Of a stretch of DNA of 64,000 nt, positions 14,281 to 26,700 are shown piece by piece. This DNA is from Azolla caroliniana (lineage: Eukaryota; Plantae; Polypodiophyta), in contig JBHGNT010000002.1 in assembly GCA_043228905.1 (NCBI GenBank), positions 434,001-498,000 of the forward strand, written 5' to 3'. Within the stretch, counting starts at the first letter, position 1. Each line of letters opens with the position of its first letter. Both the position numbers and the translations under genes were made by a program. Under the pieces are notes generated by a model. It saw only the letters and a program-made list of their open reading frames with translations, had not been told where the DNA came from and ran no database searches.

Positions 14281-14799
14281 TTAAAAATTAAAAATCGCTT
14301 GCTGCATAATAACATTACATTATGTATTATCATTAAATCAATGAATCTTAGCGACGCTCATCAAACCCTCACACCATGAAGGTCGAAGAAAGTCATGCGT
14401 GCATTTAAAACACAAACACACGAAGGAAAGGAAAGGAAAGGAAAGGCAAGGAATTGTATTTAGGGAGGTAGGGTGAGTTGGGTGGGACCGTGGTGGCACT
14501 GTCATGCACATACACTCCTTCCCTTAGAGTTTGGATTTATGACCATCCCAATCCAATCCTCCTTTCTTTTCTTTTCTTTTCCTTTCCTTTCCTTTCCTTT
14601 CCTAATGAAAGCTCTTCTCGTCTCATCACTCATCACCCTTTAACAAAATAAACCAACTATCGTTCATTTTGGAATTCCCTCCATTTCCTCGACCACGAAA
14701 GTCGCATAATGTTTGTAACCTTGTGCTTTCAACTCTTACCAGATCATGTACATCAAATGTGTCGCCTTCTTGTCACGAGCTTCTTTCACACCCCACGCA

Positions 14800-15800
14800 C
14801 GTCTATGTTTAGGTGAAATAAATGTACTCACCAGATAGCATCTTCTATGTCATCATCCTTGTTCATCTGAGTTGTTTTGTCAAAATGATGCTTTCACATA
14901 TCATCTCTTTCCAACCATGCTCTAAATTACGAGCACTTACATGTCTTTTTTGTAGCATTAGTAATGTTATAAGCAAGCATCAATTTGACTATTCATCAAT
15001 TCTAGGAGTAAATCTAAAGATGCGCGCCCCTTTGCAATTGATCTGTCTTTGGCCTGCATTATTTGTGATTGTTATTGCATCTCTTTTTACTTTTATACTA
15101 AGTTGCTCATAATAAATATCGATGCCATGAATATTTTGGTCAAATCATCCATTCTCAACCTTCAATTTAGGCTCATGTGAGGTAGATAACTTAAGCAAAA
15201 TGTGTATTGACTCTTGACCATGCAACCAAACAAACCCCATATGAACTGTAAAGGTTCATTCTTGAGCGCTCATTGACCCAAATCAAGCTTCAAATGCAAC
15301 AAATGAATTATCAATATGGTATGAGCGCTCATTATGGTATGCCTTGATGCGTATCGGCCGATTTCCAACATAAACAATGCATTATATGTTAATGGATTGC
15401 CTTTGTCCATCATATCTACAACATTTCATCTATAGTCCATTTAAGACACGTAAAATTGATGACGTATTGATGGAGCTTATGCAATATGAGTTTGATGTTT
15501 GATGAGCTCCTAGAAATACTAGTTTACGAAGTTTTCTTCCAATAAACCAAGGGTGGGGAAATCAATACCATTTCCTTGGGCGGTGATAATAATGAGCAAG
15601 CAATGTTGACAAATTTTGGTGGATATTTCACAAATAAATAATAGACCGGCAATGTTGTCAAATTTAATAGAGTGAAACTTTGTGGGATAGCCATTCCGCA
15701 CATATATTTGTTTATAACTTCTTTGTGGCGTATGTCCACATTTGGAAATTTGTGTAATGATTTATTTTCTTAGATGCGTAAGGATTTGTAGTTTTGCGTG
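14800..15800 (-). mobile_element. Highly decayed CACTA (En/Spm) TnpD transposase remnant
   Basis: Frameshifted minus-strand peptides in the expected order: 'TTLPVYYLFVKYPPKF' (cf. STWPVxLxxYNLPP), 'CLLIIITAQGNGIDFPTLGLLEENF' (cf. SLLIPGPxxPGNDIDVYLxPLIEEL) and 'WGLFGCMVKSQYTFC' (cf. YGxLSGxxxKGxxAC). Termini not found. Confidence 0.5.
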
Positions 15801-17199
15801 CTTGATATGCGTATGCACATAAATTATTGGATAAAACATTGGCTCTTTATAATTTATTATTATTATTTAAGTCACACACGAAGACGCAATGTGAGTGTTC
15901 TCATAATAAACTATTATTTTGGAAAAAGTTGGTGGTTGGTGGCATGCTTGTGTCATCGAGTGCATATTGAAATCATGAGTTATTTTTACTCGGAGTTATT
16001 TTCCTTGTTAACGTGTTATACAACCACATGAAACTCTTTGGTGGGGAATGATTGAACACAACATCAACATACACATTTATCTTTCAATATTGACACTTGG
16101 CCAAATCACGATGATAATATGTCCCAAAGTACACAATCCGTGTCAACATTTATGTTAGTCGCCTTAGTGCATAATATGGGAGAATACATATGAGCTTTTG
16201 GTAGATTGGTTCGAATTTGAAACCAAGTAACGTTGGTGCTAAATTGCAACTTAAAACTTTCATCTTAGAGGGCATGCCATTACTAAGACTCAAGCCTATG
16301 CCCAACGCAAGAGATTCTTGTTGTCATTAAAGGTTGTAAACTCCACATCAAGATACAAATGAGCATTGTTGTAGACAACAATTCTTAAGAGTAATCATTA
16401 AGAATGGCAAATGGTGTTTGTTGTGATGTTTTATGTGATTGACTCTATTAAAACAAAGTGGATAATAATCAAGAATGACAAATTGTGATTGTTGTGATGT
16501 CTCAAGCAAAAGATTTTATTTAAATGAAATAAGCACCAATTTGATACATGTCATATTTATTTGGTCTTGGTTGATAGTTTCATAAAGCAAGAGTTATGGC
16601 CACAAACTATCTATTGGTGAATGTATTTTATGCTCTATGACTTATATATATTATTTACGATTGGTTGGGGTTTATCACCACCATGAATGCATCATTGTTT
16701 TTGGTATTCTTCTTCGTACATTGAATATATATGCATACCTGCATGGCTAACATCGTTGACATTTTGACAATGCCAAAATACGATTCTGGATCAAACATGT
16801 GAACATTGGATAAGGGTGTGCTGCCAAAAATTTTACTTTGGGAAAAAGGTAGTGGGTGGTGTGTGCATATCAATATAATATAATTGAGCATAGGTGGTAG
16901 GTGATTGGACCAAATTTTGTATAACTTAAAGTTTAGACATAACGCTTGGAAAAACTTATTTGAAAGTTTTATAAACCAGATTACAATTACATTTGGCATT
17001 GTTTTAATTCTTTCTCATTTTGAGCATATAAAAATGGTTTGTTGATTTTGATGATGTTTGTTCACGTTGTTGGATTTTTTGTTTTCTTTCTTGTTTAGAA
17101 GAATTTTCAACAATTCCACATTATATTATCCCAACATGATTTGCATTTCTCTTCATGTTAGTGTTGTGTTTTAGTATGTTATGATTAAGTTCATTGGGT

Positions 17200-18700
17200 T
17201 TCCAACTCAAGAGCTACCTTTCTTTTTATAACACGTCCACCTTCCAAATCAAGGGAGTACGTAAAGAATAGAGCATGAAGCTATATAACAACACGAGCAA
17301 GGTTGTTCTTCTAGATGATCCCTTCCTAGTTCCTTCTTCCAAGGAGGGGCCAATGTTTGTGTCTTCGATTTTCCTAGTTAAATACATGTTTCAAGTGTGT
17401 TGACTATGTGCACCAACTTAGAGGTGTTCAAAACTATGAGCCACTTAAATTGTCTCCTTTGTACAGAACACTATGAGTTGTCTACCAACATTAAACATTG
17501 ACAAAGCTTACCACCGTATTATGGGTCTTTGCTACTTGACTATAAGGTCACTATGTTCATAAAAAGTGTGGACTATATCTAATAGTTTTTCTGTCTTGAC
17601 TCAAGTTCAACATGTCCATACAAATATAAATGATACTCTAAAACACCAAACGGTTGGTTTGTAAGTACTATCCTAATAATCTAAACACAAACGGATTGCC
17701 AATGTTCAATCAACATTGATAATGCTTACTCCCATGACTTGTGTCTTAGCCAAGTTGACTATAATGCGATTATATTCACAAAAAGTATGGATTCTAAAAT
17801 GTCATTTGGTTTTCCCTCGTAATATTCTAATAATCTATAGATGAGTTGTTCTAGTTGGTTACCACATAAAACCAAATAGAGTATATGATAGTGTGCATCT
17901 TTTGTCACTCCCATGATTAGAAAAACCTTTGTATGCCTTCAAATTGTGTTTCTCTTGATGGTATAACTTGGCCACAAATTCTACAATGCATATTAGTGCT
18001 CAAGTTTTTTTCCATTCTTTACTGTAACATTTCCATTGGGATTGTGTTGAAAGCCTTCTCAAAATCTATCAAGCAGTAATACAAATTGTTGATCTTTAAG
18101 CCTACTCCTTGCATAACTACCCATGGTAAACAATATGATTAATAATGTCATATTTTGGTCGAAAACTTGCTTAGGCCACAACTTTTTTTGGGTGTGTTTT
18201 TCAGCTTATTCATTGATTTAATGATCGATATTGATTCGAAGTATAGCCAAACAATATCTCATGTGATTATGATATACTTGGTGAGTTGATTTTTATTCCC
18301 TTGTCATGTTCCATTCTTGCAAAACTCGAGGAATACCTTGCATTGTTGCATGATTTAACAATGCAAGTATATGTTCTTTAGCCAATGCACCAACCCATTT
18401 TTGCATTTTTTTCATCATAGATAATAGATATAGTATATATGCATCTTGCCATTTTTAAGTTTATTCGTGCTTTTCATGGCCTCTTTATGCCCAAAAGCTT
18501 CCGCGTGCATCGAGGGAAACATGACAGTCACGAGTTATTTGTCCTTAACATTTAAGTATACCACATATGTCAATATTTCACTCAAGGACAAATGGCACTT
18601 TTACTTCCATGTATTATCCCTTGATAGCTCCATGTCTCTCTTAGATTCTTAAAACGTAATGTTTTGCGTCTCTTCATCAAGTTCACGATGTCTTGGTTTC
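17200..18700 (-). mobile_element. Decayed LINE reverse-transcriptase remnant
   Basis: Minus strand reads 'CLIDFEKAFN' at ~18045-18077, with a QAxF-like motif just upstream. No intact ORF; boundaries approximate. Confidence 0.6.
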
Positions 18701-19172
18701 TTCCTTTCAAGGATATTGTATTCCCTTGCTACACTTGTCCATGCATGACTTTGATTCTTGGGTGGCCTTATGACTGCATTTGATTAGTGAATTATGTTCA
18801 TCATCGGATTTTACATCATAAGGATGCCTTCTTTCTAGTTGTTGTGTTTGAGGTTTATCTTTAGTGGCATACTTTATATAGAGGTAGACATGACTAGTAC
18901 TTGGTCTCACAATAGGATGTTGATCATGGACCAATGTGTATACACTCGCTTTGTTAATTGCTTCTCCTTTCCTACTATTTAGAGTCGATGTTTGCTTTTG
19001 TCTTTCTTTTGCTATTGGCCAAGGGTCATGAGGATTTTAGACCTTTTGAGCCTTTTGTCATTGCCAACTATCAAAATTTGGGCTTTGAGGACTTGAATAT
19101 GGGATATACATGTGCCATGCTGGATTCCTTTCTCACGTGTTATATCTATCTATATATCTATACACACACACA

Positions 19173-19234
<62 letters not shown>

Positions 19235-20502
19235 ACAACAATCATAGGTTTATTAGTTGTCTAGTATTAAGATCTATTGGACGTTTAATATATCATGGTA
19301 TGTGTCTCTTTAACTGAGGTACCAAAACACCATTTCCAATGCATGTTTGATCATTGTGAGATAGGAGGATTGTCCCATGGGCAAATTCAATTTGTGTTTG
19401 TTTCTTTAGTGCTAGGGATTATGACATAAGTGGTGTATGAAGGATGCTTTTTTTTAATGCTCAATTTGGAGTCCAAAGACACATTTGACGCTTAAACGAC
19501 ATATTGTTATGGTAACTCTCTTTGCTAGTGACTTTTGAAGGTTATCACAATATCAATTAGATGTTTGTAGGCTTATAGGTAATCATGTTTGCCGGTTGCA
19601 TTGGCCAATATGTAGCATGATGCAATAGGTTCATAAAGAGGAATTAAGTGATGTAGGGATACAAAGGGGAATCTTATGGGGTCACTTGACATTGCAACCC
19701 CATATATGATAACTATACATTTTGTTATTAATACAATTACTATTTACGAAAGAGAAGAAGAATTGGTGGTGAGAGAGCATGGAAGTTATGGTGGTGCAAC
19801 GTGCTAATAAAATTGATTAACTAGGACAATTTATATGGTTAGACTACATTAATAATAATAAAGGGATCAAATTGATATTACCCTTAATATAAGGATATTT
19901 TCCTTGGTAAGCATAAATTAGGAAGGCTTGCTAATGGATTGCAACCAATTACAAAAAAAGAAAGAGAGTGCGAGGATGTGTAGTCTATACATAATTTAAG
20001 AAGAGGAAGAGACAACATGGGGAATCGGGGGAAAACTTATCGAGGGGACAAAAAAAGTGGTCGAGTTAGACGAGACTTGGGTCAACTCAAATGAAAAATA
20101 AATAAATGATGCAAGCATTTGGAAGGGAATTAAGAAGAAAGAAAAGAACGGGGCTGCCTTAATGGTGAACATCCATCCCCAGACGCTCATATACATACAT
20201 CACTCAAATAACACAGACACAAACACACACGCACACAGACAGACACAAAGATAGACCGCCTGCCACATGATGGCATGGCAATGTGCAATTTACAAAGAAA
20301 CCCTATAAAACGCATAGGCTTACAAGAGCACCGCATGGACACAAAAGGTTGGTCGAGAGTGCCCCGTTAATTGTTGGTGTGGCATCATCGTTACTCAGGC
20401 ATGCGCACACTCTCTCCCTCAGTATTCAGAAAACATATGGGAAGGGATTCAGAAAAGTGAGAGGAGGAAGCGCGGGAGGCTAAATGAACTCATGTCGGTA
20501 GA

Positions 20503-20595
20503 GCCACGTGGCAGCATCCCAGTTGTTCGAGCGCCACGAAGGAAATGCCTACGTGGCATCATGACGTGGCGACGTCAATGTCACCCACTCAACCA

Positions 20596-20627
<32 letters not shown>

Positions 20628-20682
20628 TCTGTGTGTTTTATTTTTCTTCCCCTCCTCCCCGTTTCTGAAACCCTAACCCTAA
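20503..20682 (+). promoter_or_regulatory. G-box/ABRE cluster, (CT)n tract and telo-box upstream of the CCCH gene
   Basis: GCCACGTGGC at 20503-20512; ACGTGGC at 20551-20557 and 20564-20570; GACGTCA at 20571-20577; AAACCCTAACCCTAA at 20668-20682. All lie 110-290 bp before the ATG at 20791. Confidence 0.6.
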
Positions 20683-20790
20683 TGTTTTTTTCTTCAATTT
20701 TCTTTCTTCTCCGTTTCTGAAATCGTAACACCAACCCTGATAACGCACTCTATATACTTTCCTTCTGTATCGATTTACACAGTATGATCC

Positions 20791-23700
20791 ATGGAACAAT
20801 TCGCTACCACTAATTCTTCGTCATCTTCAAAACGCAGGCCTACTACAGGTCCACTTCGTCTATCTCTTCAAACTTCTTCTGTTCCTCGACCTAATTACAA
20901 TAGCTTTGATCAGGAGTGGCATTTGCAGAGCTCTCCTTTACTTCAGCAGCAGCAGCAGCAGCAGCAGCAACATCAACAACAATATCATCATCATGGAGTT
21001 GGAATCTCAGCTCCTTCTAATGGCTATGGTACAGGAGCAACTTACTCTAATTTTGAAGGTACGTCTTTTCAGAGAAAGAGAGAGAGATTAGCGTCTTTTA
21101 AGATGATATATATGCATCCTTTTAAGGTGATATATTAGCATACTTGGGTAATCAATCACTTGTGCAAAAGCACACTTCTCTGCAATGCAGGTGGGGGGTA
21201 TTAAAATGTTAAAAAAAAACAAAAAGTGAAAGGCGAAAATGAAGAACTAAGCTTGAGTCTGAATTTACTGTTTGGGTCTTCCATGAGTTTGGTTCTGTGG
21301 TCATGTAGACGAGCTACTAAAATGTTCAGTGTTTTCAGCAATGGTTCCTTCCTCATAAGGAGTTCTTGAAGTCATGTATGACCTTGTAGGAGTGATTAGA
21401 AAGCATGCTTGTTGTTCTCATATGGGAAGCATTCCAAACTGACATATTCTTCTGTTTCTGGTACACTAACATATTGTCTTTTTCCTCTCAATGTCCAGAC
21501 AACCCCTAATTTCCATTATCAATGTATGTGAGTGTGTACATCAATGCGGCCAGTATTCTCGCTCCTTTGGGCATGGATGCCTAGATATGAGTTTGGGTTT
21601 CAGTAACTTCCCCAATATTGAGTATTAATGCATCTGCAATAGTATTAAAACTTAGATCTATGTTGGACTTTTCTTGATCTTGGGTGGAGTGTTTCCAGTG
21701 TGGTTCAGTAAATCATGAACTCTTTTTTTCTGTTCCTTCCTTTTCCTCTATGTCCACATGCATATATTCTTCAAGATTCCACTTGGACAAAAACATTTAC
21801 TTATATGACCTTTCTTTGTTAAGCATCCAATTTCCCATGGGGTCTTGGTTGGCAATTTCGAGGCATTGTCCTTACTTTCAAGATTTACTTAACTCTTCAA
21901 AGGGCATGGAATTCAATATGTCTTCTTCTAGTTTCTAGGAACATTATGGACTGTAGGATTGTTCTCTTAACCTCTAAATGATGCTGTAGAAATTTTGTCT
22001 CTATTTTTTCTGTTTCAGTCCACAAGCTTGCTGAAAATACTTAATCCCCAAACCTCAATTCCATAAAACAGAGTTTGCAGCACACATGCATCAAATACGA
22101 TTGCTCTAATTTTCCATCTTTGGGTATGCTCAAGTGGTGCATTTTATGGTCTCCATTCTCTAGCTAGAAATTTGTTCTAAGTGTGCTCATTAGGGTGTCA
22201 ACTCCAAAGTATTTGAAACTATCAAGCGCTTCAGTTGTCTTCTCTTAATCGTACATACTAGCTGCTGGCTTTCAGATTTAAGAGTAGTTACCACCATGAT
22301 TTGGTCCAGCTCAGATTGAATGCTAGGCCACTGTGCTCATAGAAAGTATTTATTGCACCTAAAAGATTTTGTAGTCTCAGCTGATAATATGCCAAAAGTA
22401 CAACATCATCGACTTAAATCAGTAGCAATACGGTGAAATTGCTCAATGACCGGTTTCTCCTCATGTTTCTCCTAACATTTCTCAGATGAACTCATTTAGT
22501 TGGTCAATCCATAGACTGAATAGAGTGAGTGGGGGTGGGCATCCATGTTTCACTCTAATGCTGTTCATGACATCTCTTGAGAAGCCTTCATTCGTCTTCA
22601 ACTGCATCTTATTTGCTGGTGTAACCGGGTTACGATTGATTTCTTGCTTGCTAGTACTCCAAGTTTTTCTATTTTTTTCCATAACTTTGTCCTTATTCCT
22701 GAAAGTTTTTTTGAAATTTGCAACAGTTACCCTTTAAGGCCAAGTCTTCTCCATACAATCTGCAGACAAAGGAGAGGATCAAGAGTGCCATGCTTGGTTT
22801 ATAAACCTGTTTGACACACAACTCTCTTCCTCTGTTTATCAGCCCATTTAGTTGAGATGATATTCAGCAGTAATGTATAGAGATTCAGTTCTACAATATC
22901 CCACCATAATCATGGGATAGGTAGGAAATTGATTTCTAGGCCCTCCTTAGTATAGTTCCTTGATCTAGTCATCTCACCGATGTCCAGGAAAACCTTGAGC
23001 TACACCTGATTTAGGGATGCATGTCTCTATCTGTTTATCCATTTGGCCCGCCCATTTTGAGCATTCCTGATTATAGGTGAAGCGTGTCTGCACCCTTGCC
23101 CTTTTGACGTTTTTCTCTCGTTTCATTACTTTCTTGTCCTCCAAAGCTTCCTTGTGCATTAAAGGAAACATGTGTTCATGGCCTTTTCCTTTTTTATGTA
23201 TAATTGCTCTATACATGTGAAGACTTCAGTTGATGAGAAATGTCCCTTTATTGCAATGCACTATCTCTTGATAGCACTCTATGCCTGTTTGAGTTTTTTT
23301 GAAGATGTAACATATATTGTGCCTATCTATCAAGTTCATATTGTTTTCATTGTGTGTCACTTGAATCTGTGCACTGTCCCTTAATAACTCTGTATTCCCA
23401 TTTTGAGGTTTTTTAAAGATGTAATTGTTTTTGAGTTTATCTATAAAGTTCATATTGTTTTCACTATGTGTCACTTGCTACATTTGTCCATGTGTCACTT
23501 GAACCAGAATGGTCTCAAGATTGCATTTGGTGGCATTTCATTCATCATCCAACCATGCATTAAGAGATGGCCCTTTCACATGTATTTGATTATTAGAATA
23601 CCCATTGTACATTCTACGTTTTTGAAAAACTACCATGCATCCTCAATATCATATGGTTGTGGTGACACAGGAGCAGTTCCTCTGATGTGTTTGCATAAGT

Positions 23701-26700
23701 ATTTTTGTTTTGTCGTTTCATCTTAAATGGCGAATCTAATGCATGCATTGTTTGACTTCTGCATGGCTTGGCAACGTCACCTCACATGTCTTTCTGCGTT
23801 GATTGGAATTTATCTATCCCCAACTTCAAAAGTTTTTATCACATTGAAGGCATTTTTTTAGACTAGTACATAGTCGATGTCTGTAATTCCCTTGCTGTGT
23901 GGTATGTCTAGTAGTTTGAGGTGGGGAAAGTTTGTGTTCCATTGAGAGGTACAATATTCAGAGAGTTCATCATACTTATTGTTATAGGAATAATCTTAAG
24001 AACCAATTCTATTTTAACGGTTTAAAGGCAGGATAGTTGTGAAACCAGTTGTCCTAGGAATTGGGACAAATCCATAATGAGCTATGACATGTTGGAACAC
24101 GTGTTGGTATGGGAGCTTAAATCAGTGTTAGACTACATATATATACGGGGCTAGTTACCCCCTCCATTATGGCATCTTGAGACGTTGTCAAGCTTCTAGT
24201 AGGCTAAACTTTCTTCTTTGGATCTGTTATTCAACTACCAAGGTATAACATAAGGCAATATTTGGTGGTATGGGACACTGATGGCATTTTATGTTCGTCT
24301 CATGTCTGTCGCTGGATGAACCCTACGTAATTTTTATCAGAATATACTAAAGGTAATCATTCTAGATTAAATAAAATGAACATTCTCCAAATGGAGCATG
24401 CAAATTTGTGTTTGTTTGTAACAAGGGGTTAAAAATAGAGTTCACCATTTAGAAAAAGTTCTCAAAACCTATCAAGTACTTGTGAAAGGGGGAAGAAATA
24501 GCGGGTGTAATGGATGTTGCTTGTTTGACAAAACAATCAAAGAACTAGAGGATGGGACTAAATCCAAGTATCCTTGTCAAACAAAGCGTGCATCTCCTCC
24601 CTCGTTCCCTCGATCCAACGGGGATCTTGGGCAGCTTCTTTGTAAGTCTCGGGTTCTTGGTCTGCTGCGACCTTCATCATGAATGCATAATGGTGCGCAA
24701 TGTAATCCTTGTACCCGAACCTAACTATCGGGTTCTTTTGTCGGTTTGATTGACGGAGGTTTCCTTTGGTCACCTCCGGGGCCTTCTTCATTTCATACTT
24801 GTTGTCAACCGATCGGGGTGAATGATCGTGTCCTTGGCCTCTTGCCTTTTTTTTTTCTTTCTGCGGGTGTAGCACCAAGGTGACACGACATCAGAGGTTT
24901 CTTCATGCCGTGAAGACTCTGATTGCTGGACGACATGTCAGGTCCAATCAGCTGGAGTGTGGGCAGACTCTCTGCTGGTTCTCCACCCATAATGGTCATT
25001 AGCATCTCTTTTCTTCTTCACTCTCAGAATCTGCTCCAGATCTGCTTGTTTCGAACATGACGGGGGTCACTGATGCTGAGCCATACCATGATGTCACCTC
25101 ATCAAATACCACATCTCGGCTTACTCGTGACTGTCGAATGATGGGGTTAAAACACTTATAACCCTTTTGCTCAAGTGAGTAACTGATGAGGATCATCTTC
25201 TCCGATTTTGGGTCAAGCTTTCTCTGCTTCTCTGCCAAAAACCTTCAAGTGCGAAACGTCTGGCTTTGTTCCAAAATACTTCTCGTGAGGGGTGATGTCA
25301 TGGACACTCTCGGTCGTGCACCTATTGATGAGATACACAGCCGTAACTGCTGCCTCTGCCCAATAGATCTTGGGCATGTTCTTCTCCTACAGCATGGCGT
25401 GGGCCATCTCAAGAATTGTGCAATTCTTCCACTCAGCAACACCATTTTGCTGTGGTGTGTACTGGCAAGAGAATTCCCGGCGAATCCTCTTCTCTTCTAG
25501 AAAGGCCTTGAACTCGGTTGAGAAGTGTTCTTGGCCACCATCAGACTGTAAGCATCGTCTCTTGCGATTCGTCTCATTTTCCACGTGATTCTTTAACTTG
25601 AGAAAGTGGGAGAAGACCTCACTTTTCGACTTCATCAGGCATATCTAGGTATGCTGTGAATAGTCGTCAATGAAGGTAACGAAGTTCCTACACCCACCGA
25701 TTGTCACTGTTTGAGCTGGGCCCCATACATCTGAGTGGATGACGTCCAAGAAGCCTTTATTCACATTTCTTTCGCTTAGGAATGGATGCCTATGTTGCTT
25801 GCCTAACTGGCATGTCTCACATACATTATCAAGATGTTTCGAAGTAAATCGTGGCAATCCATGCACAACCCCTTTTGTTTGCATTGAGCGGAGTTTACCG
25901 AGGTTTACATGGCCAACCCTTTTGTCCCACAACTCAATATCAGACTCAGTCTTGAGTCCCTTTGCATACACTGCTGTGTTCACCTCAGTCGCATCAAGAA
26001 TAAACATATGACCTTCTCTTCTTGCATGAGCGATAAGTTGGCCCTTATCCTCGATGAAGCAACCTTCCTGGTTGAATCATACTTGCATTCCTTGCTAGAC
26101 AATTTGGCCAACCGAGACCAAATTCTTTGTGATTGTCGGGACATGCAGTACATCCTTCATCTAGCCCTTGTTGTTGTGATTGTTAAGGGCCACATCTCCA
26201 ATGTGCTCAATCATGTGTGTGGAGTCATCACCAGTCTCCACCACGCCGGGTCTCTCGGGTTCCCTCAAATTCATGAACCATTCTTGATGACTTGTCATAT
26301 GATTTGAGGCACTTGAGTCCACGAACCAGACATCATTAGGTTGGGAAACACTTGTTATCATGTTATTCGCCCAGTGTTGCATAACAAACATTGGAACTTT
26401 GTTTTCTAGGTCAGCCATCACAACATAGTTTGCTTGCTGCTGGGTTGAGGCAGCCGAGTCATTCTTCTTCTTCCGACACTCGGCTTCAAAGTGGCCAGGC
26501 TTTCCACAATATCAGCACTCAGTTTGCTGGTTCTGCCTGGTTGATGCAGGCTGGTGGAAGCTCTCCTTTTTGCTGGAATTCCCTCGGCTGTTTCGATCTT
26601 CTTGCTGCGTGGAATTAAACTGTTGTGGACCTCGTCCACCTCTTCCTTGACCGTTCCTCCCCCTCCACGACCACGACCGTGACCTCGATCGAGATCATCA

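Noticed and set aside
13298-14379. ORFs with SLSLSL, MYVCMYV or ERERER runs (also at 18958 and 59739-60041)
   Set aside because: Translations of microsatellites.
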